DNA from: Candidatus Nanopelagicales bacterium
Lineage (GTDB): Bacteria > Actinomycetota > Actinomycetes > S36-B12
Assembly (NCBI GenBank): GCA_030830865.1
Contig: JAURME010000017.1
Coordinates: forward strand, 1-55,740
Length of the DNA stretch: 55,740 nucleotides
Direction of reading: 5' to 3'
The position numbers and the translations under genes were made by a program. This document shows, in pieces, positions 27,456 through 36,795 of the stretch; the stretch's first letter is position 1; the number at the start of each line of letters is the position of its first letter. The notes under the pieces were generated by a model that was given only the letters and a program-made list of their open reading frames with translations, was not told the DNA's origin and ran no database searches.

Positions 27456-29360
27456 CGTGATCGTGCTGCCCTTCGGCACCTCACTGCCCGCTGCTGCACT
27501 CTGGCTGATGACCCGGTTCAGCGGGCTGAAGTCCCCCTCGAGCACTCGCGCCTTCAGCCCCAGATTGCTCAGCGTCGCGACAGCCTTGTCCCGCGGCATG
27601 TCGATCAGGTTGGGGACCGTGACCGGAGGCGGCCCCTTCGACACCACGAGGTCGACCGTGCTCCCGGAGTCGACGACCGTTCCCTCACCTGGACGCACCG
27701 AGATGACCGATCCGTCCTTGACCTTCTCCGAGAACCGTTGCTTCACATCGGCGTTCAGGCCCACCTCCGACAGAGCCGCCTTGGCCGCGACGAGTCTGCG
27801 GCCCTCCACCCGGGGAACGGGGACGGGCTTGGGGCCCTTGGAGATGACGACCTCGATCGCCGTCCCGGGCTTGACGCTCGTCCCGACCTTGGGCGACAAC
27901 GAGGCGACGGTGCCGAGTTCGGCCCGGTCGTCATAGGCCTCCCTGACGGTGCCGACGGCGAGGTTCGCTGCCTGTATCGCCGCGGACGCCTCGGCCTGCC
28001 CCATGCCCCGGACATCGGGTACGTCGTAGCGCTCCGGCCCCTTGGACAGGGTTCCGACGACGGTCCCGTCAACCCTGACCCCGTCGCCGGGTGCCGGATT
28101 CGTCGACGCCAGGGCGCCTTCCGCCACGGTCTCGCTGAACTCCTCGCCGCTGATCTCCAAGGTCAGGCCCGCGGCGGTCAAGGTCGTCTGCGCCTCATCG
28201 ACAGACATGCCGACCACATCCGGTGTCGGCGTCGTGTGTCCAGGACCGGCCGCCAGCCACCATCCGCCGACGGCCGCGGCCAGGACCGTGAGGAGCAGCA
28301 CGATCGCGACGAGGGGAGCTCGGCTGCGCCTGCGCGAAGTGGTCTCGCGCGAGTCCGCGGTGGCTGAGCCGACGGTCGCGGCATCGGTCGCGACACCCGA
28401 GGGCACCGGCGAAGCCGCGGGCACCTGCTCGAATCCCTTCATGCTGCGCGCATCGACGATCAGGGTGTCCCGGGAGTCCGCGAATGGCCGCGGCGGTGGC
28501 AGGGTGCCGCGGATCCGGCGGACGTCCGCCAGGAAGTCGGTCGCGGACTGGTAGCGCAGGCCGGGGTCGCGCCGGGTGGCCGTGACGACCAGGGCGTCCA
28601 CCTCCGGAGGAATCCCGCGGTGCACCGTCGACGGAGCGGGTACGTCGTTGTTCACATGCTGGTAGGCCACGCTCAACGGGCTCTCGCCGGCGTGCGGCAG
28701 CGCACCCGTGATCATCTCGTAGAGGAGGATCCCGGCGGCGTAGATGTCGGAACGACCATCGGCCTCACCGCGTTCCACCTGTTCGGGCGAGAGGTAGGCG
28801 ACCGTGCCGATGATGACGCCGTGGGTGATGCTCTGCTCGCTGGTCTCCATGGCGCGCGCGAGACCGAAGTCTGCGACCTTGACCCGTCCGTCATCGGAGA
28901 TGAGGACGTTCTCCGGCTTGATGTCGCGGTGGACGAAACCGGCGGCATGGGCGGCCGCCAGTGCCTCGAGGACGGGATCGAGAAGGACCAGCGCCTGCTC
29001 CGGGGAGAGCGGCCCGAAGTCGCGCATGACGTCGCGCAGAGTGCGGCCGGGGACGTACTCCATCGCCAGATAGGCGTGGTCGCCGTCGAAGCCCTGATCG
29101 AAGACCCCGACGACGTGGCCGTGCGTGAGTCGTGCTGCGGCCCTGGCCTCACGCTGGAACCGGGCGACGAACGCGTCATCCTGCGCGAGGTGGGGGTGCA
29201 TGACCTTCAGGGCGACGACCCGGTCCAGTCGGAGGTCCGTGGCCTCGTAGACGGTGGCCATGCCACCCCGGGCGAGGAAGCGCTCGATCCGGTAGCGACC
29301 GTCGAGTGTGGTGCCGACCAGATTCGGTCGACCCCCGCTCTCACCACCCTGATGGTCCAC
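27441..29360 (-). CDS. pknL: PASTA-domain Ser/Thr protein kinase (PknL-like)
   Basis: ARGGMATVY, VALKVM, HRDIKPEN, DFGLAR, one TM helix, four PASTA repeats; usual position near aroG. Confidence 0.9.
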   Translation of the reverse strand: MDHQGGESGGRPNLVGTTLDGRYRIERFLARGGMATVYEATDLRLDRVVALKVMHPHLAQDDAFVARFQREARAAARLTHGHVVGVFDQGFDGDHAYLAMEYVPGRTLRDVMRDFGPLSPEQALVLLDPVLEALAAAHAAGFVHRDIKPENVLISDDGRVKVADFGLARAMETSEQSITHGVIIGTVAYLSPEQVERGEADGRSDIYAAGILLYEMITGALPHAGESPLSVAYQHVNNDVPAPSTVHRGIPPEVDALVVTATRRDPGLRYQSATDFLADVRRIRGTLPPPRPFADSRDTLIVDARSMKGFEQVPAASPVPSGVATDAATVGSATADSRETTSRRRSRAPLVAIVLLLTVLAAAVGGWWLAAGPGHTTPTPDVVGMSVDEAQTTLTAAGLTLEISGEEFSETVAEGALASTNPAPGDGVRVDGTVVGTLSKGPERYDVPDVRGMGQAEASAAIQAANLAVGTVREAYDDRAELGTVASLSPKVGTSVKPGTAIEVVISKGPKPVPVPRVEGRRLVAAKAALSEVGLNADVKQRFSEKVKDGSVISVRPGEGTVVDSGSTVDLVVSKGPPPVTVPNLIDMPRDKAVATLSNLGLKARVLEGDFSPLNRVISQSAAAGSEVPKGSTITLRII

Positions 29361-29405
29361 CGTGCCACTCTAGGAACGGCCCGCTCCGCAGCCGGGTTGC
29401 CACGC

Positions 29406-29960
29406 CTACGGATCGGCTTGTGCGGAGCCCACCGCGGACGTGACCCGCCGCACACGCTCCGCCACGTCACCTGTCACCCGGATGACCGGAGGAAGGCTCG
29501 CGGCATCCGCAGCGTGCAGGATGCGGGCGATGCACTCCTCGGTGCTCGATCGACGCGCCGGTCCATCCCGCATGATGCCGTCGGAGGCCCACGGCACATC
29601 GGGGGCGCACCAGATCAGGAGGTCGTATCCGCGGGCGTGGGCGAAGCCCTCGGCGAGGAGGCCCTCATCGGCGAAGTACTCCACGCTGTACACAGCGGTC
29701 ATGAGCGGTGCCGGATCCGCGATGAGCCAGGGAAGCGTGCAGTTCGCGGCTCGTTCCTCCTCCAGCGCGGCCTGGCGTTGAAGGATGGCCGCCTGCTCCC
29801 AGGCGTGGGGCGGGCGTCCCAGTTCACCCACGACCCGGCGCAACTCCTCCTGGACGACGCATCCGGGCAGTGCCGCACCCAGAGCGTGCGCCAATGACGA
29901 CTTGCCGGAGCACTCGGCCCCGAGCAGACCTATCCGAGGGATCCGAACGACCCCGGGCAT
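29406..29960 (-). CDS. NadR/Ttd14-like AAA (P-loop kinase) domain protein
   Basis: IGLLGAECSGKSSLA, LIADPAPLMTAVYS, YDLLIWCAPDVPWASDGIMR. Confidence 0.78.
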   Translation of the reverse strand: MPGVVRIPRIGLLGAECSGKSSLAHALGAALPGCVVQEELRRVVGELGRPPHAWEQAAILQRQAALEEERAANCTLPWLIADPAPLMTAVYSVEYFADEGLLAEGFAHARGYDLLIWCAPDVPWASDGIMRDGPARRSSTEECIARILHAADAASLPPVIRVTGDVAERVRRVTSAVGSAQADP

Positions 29961-30002
29961 CTGGCGTTGCCCCTGCGTACCCACCCGACCATGATGGCGT
30001 GT

Positions 30003-30344
30003 GTGGGCCAGTACTCGTACGTCGCGATCCTCGTGTTCGTCATGGCCGGCTGCCTGTGGCTGGAGGTGGTCCTTCGGACACGGGTCTTCCGCCGCTGGCG
30101 ACGGCTCGTCCTCGCCATCGCCCCGGCGCTCGTCGCCTTCGCCGTGTGGGACGTCTACGCGATCGCCGAAGGCCACTGGTGGTTCGACGAGGATCTGATC
30201 CTCGGCGTACATCTGCCCGGTGACCTTCCCCTCGACGAGGTCCTGTTCTTCGTGGCGATCCCCATCGCCTCGATCCTCACCCTCGAGGCAGTGCGGAGCG
30301 TCCGGGACCAGTGGTCCGTCGGCGACGAGGAGTCCAGCCGGTGA
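30003..30344 (+). CDS. crtYc: Heterodimeric lycopene cyclase subunit (CrtYc-like)
   Basis: Hydrophobic; FAVWDVYAI...W.F...LPLDEVLFF lycopene-cyclase-domain motif. Confidence 0.8.
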   Translation: MGQYSYVAILVFVMAGCLWLEVVLRTRVFRRWRRLVLAIAPALVAFAVWDVYAIAEGHWWFDEDLILGVHLPGDLPLDEVLFFVAIPIASILTLEAVRSVRDQWSVGDEESSR

Positions 30345-30727
30345 CCTACACCCAACTTGCTCTGGCCTCCGTGATCGTCGTGGTCGTCATCGACCTGTGG
30401 CTCCTGCGTACCCGCATGGTCCTGCGACCGGCGTTCTGGGTCTCGTACGCGATCGTTGCCTTCTTCCAGCTCATCACCAACGGGATGTTCACCGGGTTCG
30501 GCGTGGTCCGCTACGACGGTGCGGCGATCCTCGGGGAGACGTCTCCGGAGATCGGGCCGCCCCCCATGTTCGGCGAGTGGCGGATCGCCTTCGCCCCGGT
30601 GGAGGACCTGCTATTCGGCTTCGCCCTCATCCTGCTGACGATCGCCCTGTGGGTGTTCTGGGGTCGACGAGGTGTGCAGCGCACCCCGCGATCGGGTCCG
30701 CCGATCTGGCGTCGGGAGGGGCGCTAG
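30341..30727 (+). CDS. crtYd: Heterodimeric lycopene cyclase subunit (CrtYd-like)
   Basis: MTY... start with GTGA overlap; VVRYD...APVEDLLFGF motif. Confidence 0.8.
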   Translation: MTYTQLALASVIVVVVIDLWLLRTRMVLRPAFWVSYAIVAFFQLITNGMFTGFGVVRYDGAAILGETSPEIGPPPMFGEWRIAFAPVEDLLFGFALILLTIALWVFWGRRGVQRTPRSGPPIWRREGR

Positions 30728-31671
30728 CGACGGGATCGGACCGCGCGCACCCAGGCCGGTCCGGCCACGGCCAACCGGCGGCGCATCGGCACGGTCGCCC
30801 GTCGGGCGAAGACGTCGTAGTCCTGGCGTTCCACCTCATCGACGATGCCGCAGTAGAGAACGCGAGCCGCATCGATGCAGTCCCGGGATGAGGGCGCGAG
30901 CATCGCGATCCCGGGACGGGATCGCTCCTCGAGCATCCGCACTCGGGCCACCTGTTCGGCCAGGGCGGCCCTGACAGCGGGGGTCGCAACCTTGCGTTCG
31001 AGCACCTCGCGGGTGACGCCGTGGGCCGCGAGCTCGTCCAGCGGAAGATAGATGCGTCCGCGGTCGAGGTCCTCCCCGACATCGCGGATGAAGTTGGCCA
31101 GCTGGAACGCCACCCCGAGATCCGTGGCGCGGGCGTACGCCTCGTCGTTCGACGGCTCCAGGATGGGGACCATCTGCAGACCGATGACGGCAGCCGACCC
31201 GTACACGTACTCATAGAGGTCGTCGTACGTGGAGTACTCGGTGACGGTGAGGTCCATGGCCATGGAGTGCAGGAAGGCGGTGAAGTGCTCCCTCGGGATA
31301 TCCCAGCGGTGGATCGTGTCGATGACGGCCCGCGTGACGGGATCATCCGACCACCCGCGGTCGACGTCAACAAGGAAGGCCGCGCTCCACTCCTGAAGCC
31401 ACGCGGCCCTCGCCTGGGCGGTGAGGTCGGACTCGAGGTCGTCGACGATCTCATCGGCGTAGCGCGCGAACCCATAGAGGGCGTGGACGAACGGCCGCTT
31501 CTCCGGTGGCAGCAGCAGTGTCGCGAGGTAGTAGGTCTTGCCGTACTCGGCGTTGAGGCGTCGGCAGCGTTCGTAGGACTCGCGCAGATACGGGTCGAGG
31601 ATCCCGGCGGCATCCAGCTCCCTGGTGTGCAGGCGCGACGGGTTCACGCGGGCTGCGGTGTCGACGCTCAC
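30724..31671 (-). CDS. crtB: Phytoene synthase
   Basis: YGKTYYLAT, FARYADEIVD, FQLANFIRDVGEDLDRGRIYLP. Confidence 0.95.
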   Translation of the reverse strand: MSVDTAARVNPSRLHTRELDAAGILDPYLRESYERCRRLNAEYGKTYYLATLLLPPEKRPFVHALYGFARYADEIVDDLESDLTAQARAAWLQEWSAAFLVDVDRGWSDDPVTRAVIDTIHRWDIPREHFTAFLHSMAMDLTVTEYSTYDDLYEYVYGSAAVIGLQMVPILEPSNDEAYARATDLGVAFQLANFIRDVGEDLDRGRIYLPLDELAAHGVTREVLERKVATPAVRAALAEQVARVRMLEERSRPGIAMLAPSSRDCIDAARVLYCGIVDEVERQDYDVFARRATVPMRRRLAVAGPAWVRAVRSRR

Positions 31672-33182
31672 CAGCGCACCGCACGGGAGCGGTAGGAGCG
31701 GTCCTTGCCGGTGATGCGCTCCGCCGCGAGACGCCCTGAGATGAGGACCATGGGCACGCCGACCCCCGGCTGGGTGCCAGAGCCGGTGAACACGACGTTC
31801 TCGCCCCAGATGTTGCTGGGCCGGAACGGGCCGGTCTGGAGAAAGGTGTGGGCCGATGCGAACGGCGCTCCGCGCTCCATGCCGCGGGCCTCCCAGTCCA
31901 AAGGCGTCGTGATGTCCTCGACCTCGATCGCGTCACCGAATCCGACGTATCCGCGTGCCTCGAGCGTGCGCACGACCTCGTCGCGATAGCGCGGACCCAC
32001 CTCGTGCCAGTCGATGTCGGCGTCGAGATTGGGCGTCGGGAAGAGCACGTAGTAGAGCTCCTTGCCCGGAGGAGCCAGGTCCGGATCGGAGTGGGACGGG
32101 TTGGTCACGAGGATGCTCGGATCGCTCATGAGTTGCTGCTTGTTGATCAGCTCGTCGAAGACCCCGGCCCAGGAGCGACCGAAGTGGATGTTGTGGTGGG
32201 CGATCTTGCTGTAGTGGGCGGACGACCCGGCAAGCATGAGGAAGCACGACGGCGAGTAACTCAGTCGCCGCACGCTCCACGGCTCCTTCCCAAGGAGGTC
32301 GCGGTGCGCGACGGGAAGGTCTGGATTGAGGACGACCACGTCGGCTGCGATGCGCTCCCCGTCGCTGGTGATCACCGCGCGGGCCCGACGCCCGTCGGTC
32401 TCGACCCGGGAGACCTCGGTGCCGTACCTGAACTGGACCCCGTGCTTGGCTGCCGCGGCCGCCATGGCCGCCGGAACGGCATGCATGCCGCCCTTGGGGA
32501 AGAAGACGCCGGCGACGGAGTCCATGTAGGCGATGACGGCGTAGATCGCTAGGGCCTGCTGGGGGGAGACCCCGGCATACATCGCCTGGAAGGAGTAGAT
32601 GCGCTCGGTGCGGGGGTCCTTGAAGTACTCCCGGACCTTGGGCGCCAGTCGACGGAAGCCCCCGATGGCGACCAGTCGCGCGAGATCGGGGGTGAGGAGG
32701 TCGAGCGGGGAGTCGATGTTGCGGTCGATGAAGTCAGCCATCTCATAGCGGTAGAGCTGCGAGACGAAGTCCACGTAGCGTCGGTAGCCGGCCGCCTCCT
32801 CCGGTCCGATCACCGTGCGGATCTCCTCGGCCATCTGATCCACGTCCGCGTGCACGTCGAGGACCGAGCCGTCCGGGAAGAAGGACCGATACAGGGGTGC
32901 CACCGGCTCGAGGTCGAGCCAGTCGTCCATCTCCTCCCCGAGACATGCGAACGCGTCGGCGATGAGGTCCGGCATCGTCAGGACTGTCGGCCCGTTGTCG
33001 AACCGATAGGTACCGTCCCCGACCTCGATGTCGAGCCGGCCGGCTCGACCGCCGGGACGGTCATCGCGTTCGATGACGGTGACCGAGCGACCCGCGCCGG
33101 CGAGCCGCATGGCCGCGGACAGCCCTGCGAGACCTGCGCCGACGACCACGACGTTCTCGGTGGGACCGGTGACGGTGCGCAT
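31668..33182 (-). CDS. crtI: Phytoene desaturase
   Basis: VVVGAGLAGL, FDNGPTVLTMP, FPKGGM, TQPGVGVPMVLISGRLAA. Confidence 0.93.
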   Translation of the reverse strand: MRTVTGPTENVVVVGAGLAGLSAAMRLAGAGRSVTVIERDDRPGGRAGRLDIEVGDGTYRFDNGPTVLTMPDLIADAFACLGEEMDDWLDLEPVAPLYRSFFPDGSVLDVHADVDQMAEEIRTVIGPEEAAGYRRYVDFVSQLYRYEMADFIDRNIDSPLDLLTPDLARLVAIGGFRRLAPKVREYFKDPRTERIYSFQAMYAGVSPQQALAIYAVIAYMDSVAGVFFPKGGMHAVPAAMAAAAAKHGVQFRYGTEVSRVETDGRRARAVITSDGERIAADVVVLNPDLPVAHRDLLGKEPWSVRRLSYSPSCFLMLAGSSAHYSKIAHHNIHFGRSWAGVFDELINKQQLMSDPSILVTNPSHSDPDLAPPGKELYYVLFPTPNLDADIDWHEVGPRYRDEVVRTLEARGYVGFGDAIEVEDITTPLDWEARGMERGAPFASAHTFLQTGPFRPSNIWGENVVFTGSGTQPGVGVPMVLISGRLAAERITGKDRSYRSRAVRW

Positions 33183-33189
33183 CGTTTCG

Positions 33190-34314
33190 TCAGACCTTCC
33201 GTCGGGTGGCTGCGTAGGCGAGTGCCGTCAGGACCCCGCGGGCCTCGTGGTCGAGCAGGTCGGTGTCGAGCGCCGAGATCGACTGCTCGAGCAGGGTGGC
33301 GATGAGGCTCTCGGTGTGCTCGAGGGCGCCCGTCTCACGGATCACGGAGCGCAGTTGCTCGACGCCGTCGAGGTCCAGCGCCGGATCACCCAGATGGTGC
33401 CGGATGACGGCGGCCTGCCCGGGAGTGCTGCGCTCCATGGCGGTGGCAACGAGCACGGTTCGCTTGCCCTCCCGCAGGTCGTCGCCTGCAGGCTTGCCCG
33501 TCTCGGTGGGGTCGCCGAAGACCCCGAGGATGTCGTCGCGCAGTTGGAACGCCTCGCCGAGCGGGAGACCGTAGGCCGAATAGGTGGAGAAGACCTCCGC
33601 GGGGGCGTCGGCGAGGGCCGCCCCCAGGTGCAGCGGTCGCTCGATCGTGTACTTCGCGGACTTATAACGCACGACGGTGAGGGCCCGCTCGACGGAGCCT
33701 CCGCCTCGGACCTGCTCGAGGAGATCGAGGTACTGACCGGCCATGAGTTCGGTGCGCATCTCGTCGTAGATGCGCTTGGCCCGGGCCATCGTCGTGGCGG
33801 GGAAGTCACAGCTGAAGATGACCTCGTCGGCCCACGACAGGCACATGTCACCGAGCAGGATCGCCGCCCCGGTGCCGAAGGCCTCCGGTGAGCCCAGCCA
33901 GGAATGGTCGCGGTGCACGCCGGCGAACCGGCGATGGGCGGCCGGAAGCCCTCGACGGGTGTCGGACCCGTCCATGACGTCGTCGTGGATGAGGGCGCAG
34001 GCCTGGAGGAACTCAAGGCCGGCGGCAGCCCGCATCGCCGCATCGTCCGCACCGGGGGCGGCGACCGCCCCGGTGACCCCGCGCCAGGCCCAGTAGGCGA
34101 AGGCCGGGCGGAGCCGCTTGCCCCCGCTCAGCAGCGCCGCGATGGCCTCGATGAGGGGAGACAGGTCCGGGCTGACGGTGTCGAGGAGGTCCTGCTGCTC
34201 GCGGATCGTCTCGTCGACCACCTGCTGCACGCGCGCGCGCAGATCGGCCACATCGAGGGGGGAGCCGGCCAGGCTGGCAGGGGCCGTGGAGCCCATGTCG
34301 GTGCCGTCGGTCAT
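33190..34314 (-). CDS. crtE: Polyprenyl / geranylgeranyl diphosphate synthase (IdsA/CrtE)
   Basis: GGKRLRP, LIHDDVMD..RRG, GQYLD, FQLRDDILG, GDDLREGKRT. Confidence 0.9.
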   Translation of the reverse strand: MTDGTDMGSTAPASLAGSPLDVADLRARVQQVVDETIREQQDLLDTVSPDLSPLIEAIAALLSGGKRLRPAFAYWAWRGVTGAVAAPGADDAAMRAAAGLEFLQACALIHDDVMDGSDTRRGLPAAHRRFAGVHRDHSWLGSPEAFGTGAAILLGDMCLSWADEVIFSCDFPATTMARAKRIYDEMRTELMAGQYLDLLEQVRGGGSVERALTVVRYKSAKYTIERPLHLGAALADAPAEVFSTYSAYGLPLGEAFQLRDDILGVFGDPTETGKPAGDDLREGKRTVLVATAMERSTPGQAAVIRHHLGDPALDLDGVEQLRSVIRETGALEHTESLIATLLEQSISALDTDLLDHEARGVLTALAYAATRRKV

Positions 34315-34366
34315 CCCACGAGCCTACGGCCACGGCCATGAACGCGCCGCCCCGTAGTCTGTGCCC

Positions 34367-35281
34367 ATGTCCTCCGCCCTTGACCTGCGCGACGCCCTGG
34401 ACCAAGGCGGCCGGTCGTTCTCCTTCGAACTCTTCCCGCCGAAGACCGAGGAAGGGGAGCGCACGCTGTGGCGGACCGTGCGCGAGATCGAGGCCCTGCG
34501 CCCGACCTTCGTGTCCGTCACCTATGGGGCGGGTGGCTCGACCCAGGAACGAACGGTGCGCATCACGGGTGAGCTCGCCCGCGACACCACCCTCACGCCC
34601 GTGGCCCACCTTACATGCGTGGGTGCCAGCGTGGACGAGCTGCGTGAGGTGATCGGTGCCTATATGGCCGAGGATGTGCGCACGATCCTGGCGCTGCGCG
34701 GCGACCCGCCGAGCGGCCTCGGCACCGCCTGGGCGCCGCATCCGGGCGGCCTCGAGCATGCCATCGACCTGGTGAAACTCATCCGTTCACTGGGCACCAT
34801 GAGCATCGGGGTTGCGGCCTTCCCGGAGGGACACCCCGAGTCGCCATCGCTCGAGCACGACGCCCGGATCCTCGCCCGGAAGCAGCAGGCCGGTGCTGAC
34901 TTCGCCATCACCCAGTTGTTCTTCCGCGTCGATGACTACGTGCGCCTGGTCGACATGGCAGTCGCGGAGGGCTGCACCATGCCGATCATCCCCGGCATCA
35001 TGCCCGTGACCGACATCAAGCAGATCCAGCGCTTCGCCGACCTGTCCGGGGCGGTGTTCCCGAAGGCTCTCGCGGAGCGGTTCCACCAGGTGGCCGATGA
35101 CCCCGAGGCCGTCATCGAGCTCGGCGTCGAGGTGGCCGCCGACATGTGCCAGCGGCTGCTCGACGCCGGCGCACCCGGACTTCACTTCTACACGTTGAAC
35201 CGCTCACGATCCACGATCGAGGTCTACGAGGCGCTGGGCCTCGGTGCCGCCGACGGACGACTCGGCGCGGGGACCGGCTAA
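34367..35281 (+). CDS. metF: 5,10-methylenetetrahydrofolate reductase
   Basis: SFELFPPK, SVTYGAGGS, AHLTCV, LALRGDPP, FAITQLFF, HFYTLN; TAGTCT 6 nt before ATG 34367. Confidence 0.96.
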   Translation: MSSALDLRDALDQGGRSFSFELFPPKTEEGERTLWRTVREIEALRPTFVSVTYGAGGSTQERTVRITGELARDTTLTPVAHLTCVGASVDELREVIGAYMAEDVRTILALRGDPPSGLGTAWAPHPGGLEHAIDLVKLIRSLGTMSIGVAAFPEGHPESPSLEHDARILARKQQAGADFAITQLFFRVDDYVRLVDMAVAEGCTMPIIPGIMPVTDIKQIQRFADLSGAVFPKALAERFHQVADDPEAVIELGVEVAADMCQRLLDAGAPGLHFYTLNRSRSTIEVYEALGLGAADGRLGAGTG

Positions 35282-35298
35282 CAGGGGCCGAGGGACGC

Positions 35299-36795
35299 AT
35301 GACGCTCGAGGGGCTGGCCAGCGCGACGCTCGTCGGCGCCCTCATCGTGCTGGTCTCCGTCGTCGGAGTCCGGCTCGCCGGCCGTCTCGGAGTGCCGGGC
35401 CTGCTGCTTTACCTGCTCCTCGGTCTCGTGCTGGGCTCGGCCTTCCCGAGCCTGCACATGAACAACCCGGAGCTCGCGACGGTCCTCGGCTACTCGGCCC
35501 TGATCCTCATCCTCGCCCAGGGCGGTCTCACGACCCGCATCGAGGAACTGCGCCCGGTCATGTGGCCTGCCGTGACGCTGGCGTCCGTGGGCGTCGCGGT
35601 CAGCATTGCGGTCGTCTGCCTGCCCCTCATCTGGTGGTTCGACGTCTCCGTGCAGAGCGCCATCATCATCGGTGCCGTCCTCGCCGCCACGGACGCGGCA
35701 GCCGTCTTCTCGGTGATGCGCCGCATGCGCATCACCTCCCGTGTGCGCACCCTGCTGGAGGCCGAGGCGGGGTTCAACGATGCGCCCGTCGTCGTCCTCG
35801 TCCTCGTCGTCGCGAGTGGGGACTTCACCAGCATGCCGTGGTGGCAGGTGCCGCTCGTCGTCGTGGCCGAGCTCGTCGGGGGTGCCGTCATCGGCGCGGC
35901 TGTCGGATTCGCCGGCCGTTGGCTGCTTCCCCGGCTGGCCCTCCCTGCTGTGGGCCTGTACCCCATCGCCGCGCTCGCTCTCTTGGTCGGGGCCTACGGA
36001 CTCGCCAGCGTCATCCACACGTCCGGCTTCCTCGCCGTCTACGTCGCGGCGGTCATCATCGGCTCGGCCGCGCGCCTGCCGCACCGCCGATCCATCACCG
36101 GATTCGCCGATGGGCTCGCCTGGATCGCGGAGATCGGCCTGTTCTTCATGCTGGGTGCGCTGGCCGACGTCAGCACGCTCCCTGCCGCGCTGCCGCTGGC
36201 GCTGCTCGTCTCGGCACTCATCCTCGTCATCGCGCGACCGCTGGCCGCGGTCATCTCGCTCACACCCTTCCGAGAACGCCGGTCGACCGTGCTGTTCACG
36301 TCGATCGCCGGGCTCCGCGGGGCCGTGCCGATCGTCTTCGCCGCTATCCCGCTCGGACTCGGTGTCCCCGGTGCGCGGCTCATGTTCGACGTGACGCTCA
36401 TCGCGACCCTGATCCTCATGCTCGTGCAGGTGCCGGTGATCCGATGGGCCGGTGTGCGGCTCGGGGTCGTCCAGCCGGCCGAGGCCTTCGAGCTTGAACT
36501 TGAGAGCGCGCCGCTGGATGGGATGCAGGCCCAGGCGCTCGGAGTCGAGCTGCCGGAAGGATCCGGCCTCATCGGCACGTTTGTCACCGAGATCGGACTG
36601 CCGACGGGCGCGGTCGTCTCCCTGGTGGTACGCGGTGACGTCGCGCTGGTGCCGGACACCAACACCCGGCTGCGCGAAGGCGATCGCATCCTCATCGTCA
36701 CGACCGAGGAGGCCCGGGGTCCCGCGGAGGCCCGGGTCCAGGCCTTGGCCCAGCACGGCCGGCTCGCCGGATGGAGAGAAGGTCGGCGGGACTAG
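35299..36795 (+). CDS. K+/H+ antiporter (NhaP2/CvrA-like, CPA1 family) with TrkA-C domain
   Basis: ATDAAAVFS, EAEAGFNDAP, SGFLAVY, GLRGAVPIV; C-terminal RCK_C domain. Confidence 0.9.
   Translation: MTLEGLASATLVGALIVLVSVVGVRLAGRLGVPGLLLYLLLGLVLGSAFPSLHMNNPELATVLGYSALILILAQGGLTTRIEELRPVMWPAVTLASVGVAVSIAVVCLPLIWWFDVSVQSAIIIGAVLAATDAAAVFSVMRRMRITSRVRTLLEAEAGFNDAPVVVLVLVVASGDFTSMPWWQVPLVVVAELVGGAVIGAAVGFAGRWLLPRLALPAVGLYPIAALALLVGAYGLASVIHTSGFLAVYVAAVIIGSAARLPHRRSITGFADGLAWIAEIGLFFMLGALADVSTLPAALPLALLVSALILVIARPLAAVISLTPFRERRSTVLFTSIAGLRGAVPIVFAAIPLGLGVPGARLMFDVTLIATLILMLVQVPVIRWAGVRLGVVQPAEAFELELESAPLDGMQAQALGVELPEGSGLIGTFVTEIGLPTGAVVSLVVRGDVALVPDTNTRLREGDRILIVTTEEARGPAEARVQALAQHGRLAGWREGRRD

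Noticed and set aside
27347-27499. N-terminal ALDH extension with ASSERCA repeats
   Set aside because: It is a translation of the 33-bp tandem repeat and overlaps the kinase; the ATG at 27346 fits the family better.
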